A DNA stretch of 64,000 nt from an uncultured Methylophilus sp. (GCA_965249075.1 CBDFLF010000001.1:693017-757016); one strand, 5' to 3'; positions 49,634 through 59,642 are shown, counted from the first letter of the stretch. Notes: generated by a model not told the origin, from the sequence alone. Made by a program: numbers and translations.

Positions 49634-49663
49634 AAAAAAGCCAGCTTTTTGAGCTGGCTTTTT
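49634..49663. terminator. Bidirectional intrinsic terminator between the permease and cytochrome c genes
   Basis: AAAAAAGCCAGCT-TTTTG-AGCTGGCTTTTT. Confidence 0.85.
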
Positions 49664-49683
49664 ATTAACTCTAAATCGGTAAA

Positions 49684-50001
49684 TTAGAGTGACAATACCC
49701 AATGAACGATCGTTTTGATGTCTTCGTCTTTAACTTGTGGGCTGTTAGCTGGCATAGGCATAGGACCCCAAACACCGCTACCACCTTTTTTAACTTTTTC
49801 TACTAACTTGGCTTCAGCAGTTTTGTCGCCTTTGTATTTAGCAGCAACATCTTTGTATGATGGGCCTAATACTTTTTTATCGATACTGTGGCAAGCTAAG
49901 CAACCACTTTTTTGTGCCAATGCTTTAGCAGCTTCATCAGCTTGGGCTGTACCAGCAAATAATACGGCTGCAGCAGCGATTGTTGATAATAAAACTTTCA
50001 T
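49684..50001 (-). CDS. Class I c-type cytochrome (c551/c552-like)
   Basis: Signal peptide, CLACH heme motif, GPSY, GVWGPMPMP axial Met. Confidence 0.95.
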   Translation of the reverse strand: MKVLLSTIAAAAVLFAGTAQADEAAKALAQKSGCLACHSIDKKVLGPSYKDVAAKYKGDKTAEAKLVEKVKKGGSGVWGPMPMPANSPQVKDEDIKTIVHWVLSL

Positions 50002-50208
50002 GCTATCTCCTTGAATTACCTAAAATAAACCCCAAATTTGCATTTTTTGCATGTGGGATGATACAGGACATTTAAATTTCTACAAGTGACCTAGCGCAGA
50101 ATTTTACACTTTTGTATCATTTGGCATGTATCAACCGTCTATGCAAGTGTTGGCAAATGACCAACAACTCTCAATCAACGCGCGGTGATATCAGCCGTTG
50201 ACATGTAT

Positions 50209-51141
50209 TTAGGTGGTTTCGACGGAATACTCAGCGCTCAATATATGCTTACGCCCAGGGTTAATCACCACCATATTTTCTAGCGCATTTGTCGTTTCTA
50301 CGCAGATGGTTTTGCGCCACTCGTCTGGCGCACCCATGTCCGCCATTTGAGATGCTTTTTCCGCGCCTGGATTCCACACGACGGTGGTGTCACTGCCCGA
50401 TTTAGAAACATGAATCGTGCGTTTAAAGCCCGTATCATGAATGGCGCAATCACTGCTGTGATGAATATACACACGGTCATATTCGGTGCCATCAAATTTT
50501 AGAGCGTTATGCTCAACATTGCGCTCATACTTGAGGATTTTATCTGCAAATACGCAGTCTTCCATCCCCGTAATCTGCACATTGCTCAAATCACTGATAT
50601 TAAAATAAGTGTGGAACGCCTCACCAATCACAAACGGATGATCCGCATGGTTGGTGGTCGCTAAATCAATACGCAAACGACGACCTATGGTAATCGTCAA
50701 GGTTAATTCATAAGGGTAAGATAACTGACGCTTGGCTTCTGCGGTTTCTTGCATATTTAAAATAATGCGGGTTGCGCCTGTTGGCGTGGCATCGATATCT
50801 ACCACACGCCACGGAATCACACGCGCAAAACCATGTGGGCAGAATGTACTGTCGGTTGGGTGCGCGCCAAACCAAGGCCAGCAGATAGGCACGCCACCAC
50901 GAATCGAACGGCCTTTGACAAAACGCGCATTGCTCGACATCCACAACACAGGGTTGGCCAAAAACTTGGGTTGCCACGCCATGATGTGTGCGCCTTGCAA
51001 AGCAATTTTGCCAGTGGCGAGCGGGTTATCAATTTCCAAATACTGCAAGCCAGACTCATCTTGCGTCTGGTTCACATGCGCATGCAACTTCAATCGTTTT
51101 TCAGTCGAAGGCATACCTGCATCTATCGTTTCAGTCGTCAT
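50209..51141 (-). CDS. D-hexose-6-phosphate mutarotase (YeaD-like)
   Basis: IRGGVPICWPWFG, HGFAR, AFHTYF, VVWNPG, CVET. Confidence 0.92.
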   Translation of the reverse strand: MTTETIDAGMPSTEKRLKLHAHVNQTQDESGLQYLEIDNPLATGKIALQGAHIMAWQPKFLANPVLWMSSNARFVKGRSIRGGVPICWPWFGAHPTDSTFCPHGFARVIPWRVVDIDATPTGATRIILNMQETAEAKRQLSYPYELTLTITIGRRLRIDLATTNHADHPFVIGEAFHTYFNISDLSNVQITGMEDCVFADKILKYERNVEHNALKFDGTEYDRVYIHHSSDCAIHDTGFKRTIHVSKSGSDTTVVWNPGAEKASQMADMGAPDEWRKTICVETTNALENMVVINPGRKHILSAEYSVETT

Positions 51142-51144
51142 GTT

Positions 51145-52998
51145 TTACTTTCTTTCAATTTGGGTCACGTCACGCACCGCACCTTTGGCGGCACTGGTGC
51201 TCATGGCAGCATAAGCACGTAAGGCAGGTGAAACACTACGCTCACGGTTAAACGGTTTCCACGCATCTTTGCCTTTGGCTTCCATCGCGCTACGGCGTTG
51301 CGCCATCACTTCGTCAGTCACAGCCAAATGGATGGTGCGATTAGGAATATCGATTTCTATCGTATCGCCTTCCTCTACCAAGCCAATCGCGCCACCTTCT
51401 GCCGCCTCAGGTGAGGCATGGCCAATACTCAAGCCAGATGTCCCTCCTGAAAAACGACCATCGGTCAGCAAAGCACACGCCTTGCCCAAACCTTTTGATT
51501 TTAAGTAAGAGGTTGGGTACAGCATTTCTTGCATGCCTGGGCCACCGCGTGGACCTTCATAACGAATCACCACCACATCGCCTGCTACTACGTTATCGGC
51601 AAGAATTGCGTCAACTGCAGCGTCTTGGCTCTCAAAAATGCGCGCACGGCCTGTAAATTTCAAAATACTATCATCCACGCCTGCGGTTTTGACAATACAT
51701 CCATCGAGCGCAATGTTACCGTAAAGCACGGCTAAGCCGCCGTCTTGTGAGTAAGCATGCGCTTTGTCACGAATACAGCCCTCTGCACGGTCAATATCCA
51801 ATTCAGGCCACAACATGCTTTGTGAGAAAGCTATGGTTGTTCTAATGCCACCCGGTGCGGCTTTAAATAATTTATGCGCCTCTTCATCTTGTGAGGCCGC
51901 AATATCCCACTTAGCCAACGCTTCGCTCATGCTTGGGCTATGCACGGTTGGTACATCCCCATGAATCACGCCCGCGCGATTGAGTTCGCCCAAAATCCCC
52001 ATCACGCCACCTGCGCGGTGTACGTCTTCCATGTGATATTTAGCGGTAGCTGGCGCCACTTTACACACACAAGGCACTTTGCGTGACATGCGGTCAATGT
52101 CTTTCATGGTGAAATCCACACCCGCTTCATGCGCGGCTGCTAACAAATGCAACACCGTGTTGGTAGAGCCACCCATCGCCACATCCAGTGCCATCGCGTT
52201 TTCAAACGCTTTAAATGTCGCAATATTGCGTGGCAACACGCTGTAATCGTCTTGCTCATAATGGCGTTTTGCCAAATCCACAATCAAGCGCCCTGCTTTT
52301 AAAAACAACTCTTTACGCGCGGCGTGTGTGGCTAAGGTAGAACCATTGCCCGGCAAGCTCAACCCAAGCGCCTCAGTTAAACAGTTCATCGAGTTAGCGG
52401 TAAACATGCCAGAGCAAGAGCCACAGGTTGGGCAAGCCTCGCGCTCAATCGCATCAGCTTCTGCATCGCTTACTTTATCATCCGCCGCCGCCACCATCGC
52501 ATCCACCAAATCTAACTTATGCGCATTGCCTTGCCAGTTCACCTTACCCGCTTCCATCGGGCCACCAGACACAAACACCACTGGGATATTCAAGCGCAAG
52601 GCCGCCATCAACATCCCCGGCGTGATTTTGTCGCAGTTAGAAATACACACCAGCGCATCGGCACAGTGCGCATTGACCATATATTCCACGCTATCTGCAA
52701 TCAAATCGCGGCTAGGCAAGCTATACAACATCCCGCCGTGACCCATCGCAATGCCATCATCCACCGCAATCGTGTTGAACTCCTTGGCAACGCCACCCGC
52801 TTTTTCAATCTCACGCGCCACCAATTGACCTAAATCTTTTAAGTGAACGTGACCTGGCACAAATTGCGTAAATGAATTAGAAATCGCAATAATCGGCTTA
52901 GAAAAATCCTCATCTTTCATCCCCGTGGCGCGCCAAAGCGCACGCGCCCCCGCCATATTTCGACCTTGCGTAGTAGTGTGTGAACGGTATTTAGGCAT
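51145..52998 (-). CDS. ilvD: Dihydroxy-acid dehydratase
   Basis: [64 protein letters not shown]. Start placed at ATG 52998. Confidence 0.98.
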   Translation of the reverse strand: MPKYRSHTTTQGRNMAGARALWRATGMKDEDFSKPIIAISNSFTQFVPGHVHLKDLGQLVAREIEKAGGVAKEFNTIAVDDGIAMGHGGMLYSLPSRDLIADSVEYMVNAHCADALVCISNCDKITPGMLMAALRLNIPVVFVSGGPMEAGKVNWQGNAHKLDLVDAMVAAADDKVSDAEADAIEREACPTCGSCSGMFTANSMNCLTEALGLSLPGNGSTLATHAARKELFLKAGRLIVDLAKRHYEQDDYSVLPRNIATFKAFENAMALDVAMGGSTNTVLHLLAAAHEAGVDFTMKDIDRMSRKVPCVCKVAPATAKYHMEDVHRAGGVMGILGELNRAGVIHGDVPTVHSPSMSEALAKWDIAASQDEEAHKLFKAAPGGIRTTIAFSQSMLWPELDIDRAEGCIRDKAHAYSQDGGLAVLYGNIALDGCIVKTAGVDDSILKFTGRARIFESQDAAVDAILADNVVAGDVVVIRYEGPRGGPGMQEMLYPTSYLKSKGLGKACALLTDGRFSGGTSGLSIGHASPEAAEGGAIGLVEEGDTIEIDIPNRTIHLAVTDEVMAQRRSAMEAKGKDAWKPFNRERSVSPALRAYAAMSTSAAKGAVRDVTQIERK

Positions 52999-53105
52999 TA
53001 CGAAATCTTTTGCTAGAAAATAAAACAATATTCTAACTGAAACACGGCGTGTCTGCTTAATTCAGACAGCAGACAAGTGGGGAAGTTTGGCAATAAATCT
53101 TGGAT

Positions 53106-53137
53106 GTTGGGCGCACCTGTTTACGGTGCGCCGTATG
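53106..53137 (+). repeat. REP-like hairpin, copy A
   Basis: GTTG-GGCGCACC-TGTTTAC-GGTGCGCC-GTATG. Confidence 0.7.
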
Positions 53138-53152
53138 AGATTGCGTGAGTTT

Positions 53153-53184
53153 CATGCGGCGGACTGTCAACGAGTCCGCCCTAC
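53153..53184 (-). repeat. GTAG-type REP-like hairpin, copy B
   Basis: Minus strand GTAG-GGCGGACT-CGTTGAC-AGTCCGCC-GCATG. Confidence 0.75.
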
Positions 53185-53193
53185 GCGCGCTGT

Positions 53194-53895
53194 TTAAATT
53201 GCACCCTCAGATAAGTTGGAAAACTTTTCATTAAATAACTCCCATTCAGAGGGGTTGCCTAATTGACGATGATACTCAGTGATAAAGTTTCTGCTAGTTT
53301 TTAAGACCCATAAGCAATAGCTGTAAGAAGCCCATGCTAATTGGAAAAGTTGCTTTTCATTTGCTAAAATCGGTGAGGGTTTAATCGTCTTGATTTCCTC
53401 AAGTTTTTTACTCAACACCACATGCTTGCCTTCTTCACCATACCATTCTGGACAAAAGTGAATGAGCTTATCTCTAACATCAATAAGCGTTTTCGTATGT
53501 GGCCACCAATACTCTTCTTTATTGAGTTTCTGACTTTTTATGATTTCATAAATTACTGAGTATTTATCTAGAGTAGGTTTCCGCTCAATTTTTTCAACAA
53601 TACAATTAGCGTAATCTTTACTTTTTCCATGACTAGTCAATATTTGCCCTTCAAAGGTCAATTCATTGTAATAAGCCTCTAATGCCGCAACACTCATCAT
53701 GGTTACCGCCATCGCAAGATGGAGAATCTCATCAAAATATTCTCCCAATTCTTTATTTTCATTCTCAAGCTCTAGATTTTTGAGTTGTGTTGCAAAACGG
53801 CATGCAGCCATCATATAGTGCATCGAGAATTGATGTCTGAGATTAAGTTCCATACTTATATCCAGTGCGGGAAGAGTTAAACGTATTGCGTTCAT
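53194..53895 (-). CDS. AT-rich hypothetical protein with HEPN-like motifs
   Basis: SVAALEAYYNE helix and VRDKLIH (R-X4-H). GAAGGA RBS. Visibly AT-rich relative to ilvD and lgt. Confidence 0.75.
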   Translation of the reverse strand: MNAIRLTLPALDISMELNLRHQFSMHYMMAACRFATQLKNLELENENKELGEYFDEILHLAMAVTMMSVAALEAYYNELTFEGQILTSHGKSKDYANCIVEKIERKPTLDKYSVIYEIIKSQKLNKEEYWWPHTKTLIDVRDKLIHFCPEWYGEEGKHVVLSKKLEEIKTIKPSPILANEKQLFQLAWASYSYCLWVLKTSRNFITEYHRQLGNPSEWELFNEKFSNLSEGAI

Positions 53896-53989
53896 ATCAT
53901 TTCCTTCAAATTATGAGGTGAAGGAAGCACAATAGCTTAAAAATTGTGCGTTGTATTTTGTGATTTTTTCTATTTGAAATCCAAGCTCG

Positions 53990-54024
53990 GTAGCTTGGGG
54001 GACTCGTTTACAGTCCGCCGCATG
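53990..54024 (+). repeat. REP-like hairpin, copy C (degenerate left arm)
   Basis: GTAG-CTTG-GGGGACT-CGTTTAC-AGTCCGCC-GCATG. 54000-54024 is the reverse complement of 53153-53177 at 24/25. Confidence 0.7.
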
Positions 54025-54209
54025 TTATTGATTAACATCACTCTTCACTTTTTGTAGCTCAACATTTTATTTAATAATTCAAACACTAAGACATAACAAA
54101 CTTTTAAAATTATTCTAATCACACAAACTTCACCCCCTTATGTTTAAATTGGGCGTTGCCAGTATAATCACCACCTACCTGCAATTTAAGATAAAAGATT
54201 GAGATTGTT

Positions 54210-55007
54210 ATGCTTTTGACCCACCCACAATTTAACCCGATTGCTTTGCAAATTACTGATGGTTTTGGTGTGCATTGGTATGGGTTAATGTATTTGACGG
54301 CGTTTATGGGGTTTTTGTGGTTTGGGCGTTTGCAGTTAAAGCAAAAGCCTTGGTTTGCTTGGAACTTGCAGATGTTGGACGATGCGATGTTTTACGGGGC
54401 CTTGGGCGTGGTGTTGGGCGGGCGCTTGGGGTATGTGTTGTTTTATCAGCCTGTTTATTTTTTAAGCCACCCCGCTGAGATTTTTGCAGTGTGGCAAGGT
54501 GGAATGAGTTTTCATGGGGGATTTTTAGGGGTGTTGGTGGCGATGGCGTTGTTTACGCGCAAATACCCTCAGCCGTGGTTAAAAGTAATGGATTTTGTTG
54601 CGCCTTTGGTGCCGTTTGGCTTGGGGGCGGGGCGCATGGGCAATTTTATTAATGGTGAGCTTTGGGGCAGACCGACCAATGCGGATTGGGGCATGATTTT
54701 TCCACAAGTGGATGCGGTGCCGCGCTACCCTTCGCAGTTGTTTCAGTTTGCGCTAGAAGGCGTGGCTTTGTTTGCTTTGCTTTGGTGGTTTTCTAAAAAG
54801 CAACGCCCTGTGGGAGCGATTTCTGCACTGTTTTTAATGGGCTATGGTAGCTTTAGATTTTTGGCTGAATTTACCCGCCAACCCGATGACTTTTTGGGCT
54901 TGCTCTCGTTTGGCTTGAGCATGGGACAATGGTTGAGTTTGCCGATGGTGTTGATAGGGATTTGGATGATGTGGGCGACGTATCAAGGGCGTTTTGAAAA
55001 AGCCTAG
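54210..55007 (+). CDS. lgt: Prolipoprotein diacylglyceryl transferase
   Basis: [51 protein letters not shown]. Confidence 0.98.
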   Translation: MLLTHPQFNPIALQITDGFGVHWYGLMYLTAFMGFLWFGRLQLKQKPWFAWNLQMLDDAMFYGALGVVLGGRLGYVLFYQPVYFLSHPAEIFAVWQGGMSFHGGFLGVLVAMALFTRKYPQPWLKVMDFVAPLVPFGLGAGRMGNFINGELWGRPTNADWGMIFPQVDAVPRYPSQLFQFALEGVALFALLWWFSKKQRPVGAISALFLMGYGSFRFLAEFTRQPDDFLGLLSFGLSMGQWLSLPMVLIGIWMMWATYQGRFEKA

Positions 55008-55204
55008 GCCGCTTGTCGAAAGCCTGACACACCCGCATAAAAGCCAACATTTCACCATACACGGCATTTTGTAGTTGTTTTTTGCGAGGCTTTAAAATCA
55101 GTGAGTTAGCTTGATTTTTTGAGGCGATTTCACGTATTTGGCTTGGGCATATTCTTTGCAAGCAATTAAACATCTGACTTAACCGTATGTGATTGATAAG
55201 CGCT

Positions 55205-55399
55205 ATGAATATGTGGAACTGGTTAAAACGTTTGTTTGGCTTTGCCCCCAACACGCAAGAGGCTAATTATGTGATTGCGGAATTTAAGGGCAAACGCAAA
55301 AAGCGCTTTGAAGACACCGTCGTTGAAAGCTTGCTGGATATGCAACGCAAGTCGCGCCAGCCTTATATGCATATTGATGATTTACACCAAAATCGCTAG
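55205..55399 (+). CDS. Small hypothetical protein (64 aa)
   Basis: ATG at 55205, MNMWNWLKRLFGF amphipathic start, occupies an otherwise empty gap. No family recognised. Confidence 0.45.
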   Translation: MNMWNWLKRLFGFAPNTQEANYVIAEFKGKRKKRFEDTVVESLLDMQRKSRQPYMHIDDLHQNR

Positions 55400-55455
55400 G
55401 GCTTTTCAAACCTAAGTTGATTAAAGCCAACGTTGATTAAACCCAAAGCCAACGC

Positions 55456-55746
55456 CTAAGGCCGATGATTTTTTAGATGTTGCGAGCAACGATGGCGACT
55501 GACTTCTGGGTTGCGTAGTTGCAGGTGCTTGGTGGTTTGTCCGTGCGTTCTGGCGCGCCACGATTCAAACGATTTACGATTTAAATGCTGCCGCATGAGT
55601 TGTATGACTTTGTCTTGATTGAGTCCAAACTGGACTTCAATCGCCTCGAATGGCGTGCGGTCTTCCCATGCCATTTCTATCACACGCGAAACGTCTGCGT
55701 CATTTAGCAACAACGTTTCACCCCTTGCCATTTGTTGTCTTGCCAT
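55456..55746 (-). CDS. TIGR03643/DUF2805-like protein
   Basis: RVIEMAWEDRTPFEAIEVQFGL...SFESWRAR..G..TKH. Start uncertain because the ORF overlaps the ybdD-like gene by up to 43 nt. Confidence 0.85.
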   Translation of the reverse strand: MARQQMARGETLLLNDADVSRVIEMAWEDRTPFEAIEVQFGLNQDKVIQLMRQHLNRKSFESWRARTHGQTTKHLQLRNPEVSRHRCSQHLKNHRP

Positions 55747-55907
55747 AGTTTAAAAAACGCTTTTCTATCCAAGGCGGGTGCGCCGTCTGGTGTGTTGGCA
55801 TGAAACTCGGCATGGTGCTTTAAATATTGCTCGTAGGCGTCGTCACCCGACACATGCCGAATAAAGCACCAAATTTTTTTAAAGGGTTGTTTGAGTGTTT
55901 GCCACAT
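55704..55907 (-). CDS. YbdD/YjiX (DUF466) small protein associated with CstA
   Basis: GDDAYEQYLKH and C-terminal RCC, directly downstream of cstA. Confidence 0.88.
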   Translation of the reverse strand: MWQTLKQPFKKIWCFIRHVSGDDAYEQYLKHHAEFHANTPDGAPALDRKAFFKLWQDNKWQGVKRCC

Positions 55908-55939
55908 CGCCTTTTATATCTTAAGCCTACGCGTTTAAT

Positions 55940-57994
55940 TTAGACTTCAGCCAGTTGTGTTCGTTCATAAGGCGCTTCCGTAGTGGCAAGTTTTACATTG
56001 CCACGCACGGCTTGCACACATACTTTGAGCATATCCAACACCACCACCCACAGCACCAGCACAAAGAACATGGTGAGGTAGGCATCAAGATGTTGGTTGA
56101 AGATGAGTTGTGGCGCGACAGCAGCTTTATCTGGTGGCAATGCGCCTGTCGCAAGCTTGCTACTTAAATCGTTAGCGGCGGCAAAAAAGCCCACGCGCAC
56201 GTCGTCGCTCATTAATTTTTCAAACGAGGCAGTGGTGGTGATGGTTACCAGCCATGCCAATGGCAAGGCGGTAATCCAAGCAAATTTGCGTTTGCCTGAT
56301 TTGACCAAAATGCCTGTCGCCACGCAAAGCGCAATCGCCGCCAGCATTTGGTTGGCGATGCCAAACAAGGGCCAGAGAATGTTCACGCCACCGTTTGGGT
56401 CAATCACGCCGATATATAAAAAGTAGCCCCAACCTGCCACCACCATCGCGCTAGTGAACACCACGGAAGGCATGTAAGAGGTCTCGCCGAGTTTTTTGTT
56501 AAAGTTGCCTAGCATGTCTTGCAACATAAAGCGCCCCACGCGCGTGCCTGCATCTAAAGTGGTGAGGATAAAAATGGCCTCGAACATGATGGCGAAGTGA
56601 TACCACAAAGCGAGCAAGTGCTTGCCAAAGGCGTTGCCGAAAATGCTCGCCATGCCCACCGCCAAACTTGGCGCGCCTCCCGTGCGGGCAAATAGTGTGC
56701 TTTCGCCCATGTCTTTTGCCAACTGCTCCATTTGCTCCACGGTTACCGCAAAGCCCCAGCTGTTGATTTTAGCCACGGCGTCTATCGCCTCTTTGCCGAC
56801 CACACCTGCTGGGCTGTTGATGGCAAAAAAGACACCTGGCTCTAGCACACAGGCGGCTATCATTGCCATGATGGCAACAAAGGATTCTAGCAACATGCCG
56901 CCATAGCCTATCATGCGGATGTCGCGCTCGTTCATCAGCAACTTAGGCGTGGTGCCAGAGGAAATCAGCGCATGAAAGCCCGAGATTGCGCCACAAGCAA
57001 TGGTGATAAATACAAACGGAAACAACTTACCACCAAAAATAGGGCCTGTGCCATCAATAAATTGGGTCACGGCGGGCATGTGCATGTCGGGGCGCAAGAC
57101 GATAATCGCCACTGCCAACAACATAATGGTGCCCAATTTCATAAAGGTGGATAAATAATCACGAGGCGCTAACAACAGCCACACTGGCAATACCGCGGCG
57201 GCAAATCCGTAAGCAATAATCGCATAGGCCAATGGCAAACCTTCGTGGTCAAATAATATTCGTAAACTTGCATTGTGGTCTATCCAACCGCCCGCAAACA
57301 CTGAGAACAACAGTAATGCAACGCCTAACAACGAAGCCTCAAGCACTCGCCCAGGGCGAATATTGCGCATATACACACCAACAATCATGGCGATGGGAAT
57401 GGTCGCCGCCACGGTAGATGTCGCCCACGGGCTGTGCTTCATCGCGTTGACCACCACCAAACCAAGCACGGCGATTAAGATAATCATGATTAAAAAAGTG
57501 CCGACTAAGGCAGCCGTACCACCGATGACACCAATTTCATCACGCGCCATTTGCCCTAAACTGCGACCATTTCTGCGTGTTGAAAAAAACAACGTCACCA
57601 TGTCTTGCACAGCACCGCCCAACACAGCACCAACCAGAATCCAAAGCGTGCCAGGTAAGTAACCAAATTGCGCCGCCAATGTCGGCCCCACCAAAGGCCC
57701 AGGCCCTGCAATCGCAGCAAAATGGTGCCCAAACACCACCCACTTGTTGGTGGGGATAAAGTCGCGACCGTTGTTTAAACGCTCCGCAGGCGTGGCGCGT
57801 GTATCGTCCACCAGCAATACTTTGGTCGCAATCCAAGTTGCATAAAAACGATAAGCAATCGCATACACACATAAGGCGGATGTGATTAACCAAAGCGCGT
57901 TAATACTCTCCCCACGGCTGGTCGCCACGGTGGTCACCGCCACCAAGCCCAATAAAACAACACATCCCCATATTAATTTTTTTGTCACGTTCAT
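55940..57994 (-). CDS. cstA: Carbon starvation protein A family transporter (CstA/BtsT-like)
   Basis: TPAERLNNGRDF, FGHHFAAIAGPGPLVGP, IACGAISGFHAL, GGAPSLAVG, LWPLFGIANQML. Confidence 0.96.
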   Translation of the reverse strand: MNVTKKLIWGCVVLLGLVAVTTVATSRGESINALWLITSALCVYAIAYRFYATWIATKVLLVDDTRATPAERLNNGRDFIPTNKWVVFGHHFAAIAGPGPLVGPTLAAQFGYLPGTLWILVGAVLGGAVQDMVTLFFSTRRNGRSLGQMARDEIGVIGGTAALVGTFLIMIILIAVLGLVVVNAMKHSPWATSTVAATIPIAMIVGVYMRNIRPGRVLEASLLGVALLLFSVFAGGWIDHNASLRILFDHEGLPLAYAIIAYGFAAAVLPVWLLLAPRDYLSTFMKLGTIMLLAVAIIVLRPDMHMPAVTQFIDGTGPIFGGKLFPFVFITIACGAISGFHALISSGTTPKLLMNERDIRMIGYGGMLLESFVAIMAMIAACVLEPGVFFAINSPAGVVGKEAIDAVAKINSWGFAVTVEQMEQLAKDMGESTLFARTGGAPSLAVGMASIFGNAFGKHLLALWYHFAIMFEAIFILTTLDAGTRVGRFMLQDMLGNFNKKLGETSYMPSVVFTSAMVVAGWGYFLYIGVIDPNGGVNILWPLFGIANQMLAAIALCVATGILVKSGKRKFAWITALPLAWLVTITTTASFEKLMSDDVRVGFFAAANDLSSKLATGALPPDKAAVAPQLIFNQHLDAYLTMFFVLVLWVVVLDMLKVCVQAVRGNVKLATTEAPYERTQLAEV

Positions 57995-58031
57995 ACTTAC
58001 TCCATCCCTTTATGACTCAAGCACTTGTGCG

Positions 58032-58061
58032 ACTTAAGCTTTGTATAACCCAAGCTTAAGT
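58032..58061. promoter_or_regulatory. Perfect 10-bp inverted repeat upstream of cstA
   Basis: ACTTAAGCTT-TGTATAACCC-AAGCTTAAGT, 38-67 nt upstream of the cstA ATG. Function not assignable. Confidence 0.4.
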
Positions 58062-58284
58062 ATAAATCACTCGCGCCACGAATAACACTTGATAACAGTT
58101 TAATGCGCTAAACCAACTCGATAAATCCTTGCTGATTTAGTGCGCACGCACTCTTTTCGTGCGTACTCGCCTTGATGTCACACGCAAATCGGCAGCTATA
58201 TTTTTGTAAATTATCTTTTAAATACATATAGTTAATTAATTTTTTTAATATGGCACACGCTTTGCTATTTAACATACAAAGACA

Positions 58285-58611
58285 GTGATTCAACAACAGA
58301 CGTTTACTCTAAAAATGTTTGATGCACTTGATGTTGAATTCTTTAAGATTTTTGAAAGGCGATATGTTGTGATTGACCGTACTATATCAACAATCAGTGA
58401 AGCCAAGCTGAATAGTCTAGACTTTGCAGAGACATTTGAAAACGACGCGAATGCGTTGATTCAACGCGCTAAAGAAATACTCATGCGCCAGAGAGGCTTA
58501 GATGACCATGCCGCTTATTTACTATTGGCGGACATTGCTGAGAAACGACGCATGAGCGTGATTAGTATTGCACAGCAACTGATTGAGACCGCGAACCGGC
58601 TGACTATTTGA
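58285..58611 (+). CDS. Small ANTAR-domain RNA-binding protein
   Basis: C-terminal LIQRAKEILMRQRGLDDHAAYLLLADIAEKRRMSVISIAQQLI matches the ANTAR pattern (I.RAK.ILM....LSE.EAY..L...A......+..+A..+). Start GTG 58285 or ATG 58315. Confidence 0.8.
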   Translation: MIQQQTFTLKMFDALDVEFFKIFERRYVVIDRTISTISEAKLNSLDFAETFENDANALIQRAKEILMRQRGLDDHAAYLLLADIAEKRRMSVISIAQQLIETANRLTI

Positions 58612-58701
58612 CCCGCTTTATGCTAGCTTGAAGGCCTTTGGCTAGCCCTATACTTTTCTGACACTTTAGACTTCTCCCAGAGATTTTCTTCCTGCAAACA
58701 C

Positions 58702-58729
58702 TTGCAAATTCTCAATTTTAGGGTAATAT
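58702..58729 (+). promoter_or_regulatory. Sigma70-type promoter of tRNA-Val
   Basis: TTGCAA-16 nt-TAATAT followed by a GC-rich discriminator GCGCGC. Confidence 0.55.
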
Positions 58730-58750
58730 GCGCGCTTCGTTTCACGGCAC

Positions 58751-58826
58751 GGGTGCTTAGCTCAGTTGGTAGAGCGTCGCCCTTACAAGGCGAATGTCAG
58801 CGGTTCGACCCCGTTAGCACCCACCA
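58751..58826 (+). tRNA. tRNA-Val (anticodon TAC)
   Basis: Acceptor GGGTGCT/AGCACCC, D-arm GCTC/GAGC, anticodon stem TCGCC-CTTACAA-GGCGA, T-loop GGTTCGA, encoded CCA; 76 nt. Confidence 0.98.
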
Positions 58827-58863
58827 CTCCCCTGCCTAAACTATTTCCAAAACATCCTAAAGC

Positions 58864-59538
58864 TTACAACAAACCTTGCTCCATAAAAGAATAGGTTTGA
58901 TTGCCTGCCACCACAATGTGGTCTAACACTTTAATATCCATCAGTTGTAGTGCTTGTTGCAATTGTTTGGTAATCATTTCATCTGCTCGACTCGGTTGCG
59001 CCACGCCCGTGGGATGGTTATGCGCAAAAATCACGGCAGCGGCATTGTGTGCAATGGCGTATTTGACGACTTCACGCGGATAAACGCTGGTTTGCATTAA
59101 ACTACCTTCAAACAAAATTTGGCTATCTAGCATACGGTTTTGTGTGTCCATCAACATCACCATAAACACCTCGTGTGGCAAATGTCCGATTTTCATCTTT
59201 AAATAATTGCTCACTGCTGTGGGTGAGTTAAAGGTTTCACCTTGCGATAAATCTTCATACAGCGCCCGTTTGCACATTTCCAAAATCGCCTGTAGCTGGC
59301 AATATTTGCTGATGCCCATGCCATGCACCGCTTGCATCTCTTTTGCGCTGGCGTTAAAAATGCCATTCAAACTTTTAAAGCGTAACAATAAATCCCGCGC
59401 CAAATCCACTGCACTCTTGCCTTTAACCCCGACCCGCAAAAATATCGCAAGCAACTCGGCGTCAGAAAGCGCCTGCGCACCTTGTTGCAATAGTTTTTCT
59501 CTTGGTCGCTCGCCTTCTGGCCAATCAGTAATCGCCAC
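58864..59538 (-). CDS. radC: RadC family JAB-domain protein
   Basis: [36 protein letters not shown]...DH. Start placed at GTG 59538. Confidence 0.95.
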   Translation of the reverse strand: MAITDWPEGERPREKLLQQGAQALSDAELLAIFLRVGVKGKSAVDLARDLLLRFKSLNGIFNASAKEMQAVHGMGISKYCQLQAILEMCKRALYEDLSQGETFNSPTAVSNYLKMKIGHLPHEVFMVMLMDTQNRMLDSQILFEGSLMQTSVYPREVVKYAIAHNAAAVIFAHNHPTGVAQPSRADEMITKQLQQALQLMDIKVLDHIVVAGNQTYSFMEQGLL

Positions 59539-59642
59539 TCCACTCTCCCAACACGCTTGCATTTTAAATAGTTTAACATCTTTAAATTTAATACAAAACG
59601 CAAGCTAACTATTCAAGACTATATTGAGTTAAAATCCGCAAC

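Noticed and set aside
53100-53200. Integron attC site interpretation of the palindromes after the HEPN-like gene
   Set aside because: No matching RYYYAAC/GTTRRRY core pair and no integrase. The GTAG-foot REP model fits all three copies better.
55704-55907. Selenocysteine read-through in the DUF466 protein
   Set aside because: It ends in Cys-Cys followed by TAA, not TGA.
58751-58826. tRNA-Val as an island integration site
   Set aside because: No integrase, and I saw no duplicated tRNA 3' end; the flanks are ordinary genes.
58864-59538. radC as a marker of a mobile or anti-restriction element
   Set aside because: It is the full-length chromosomal type in its usual neighbourhood near coaBC, dut and rpmB.
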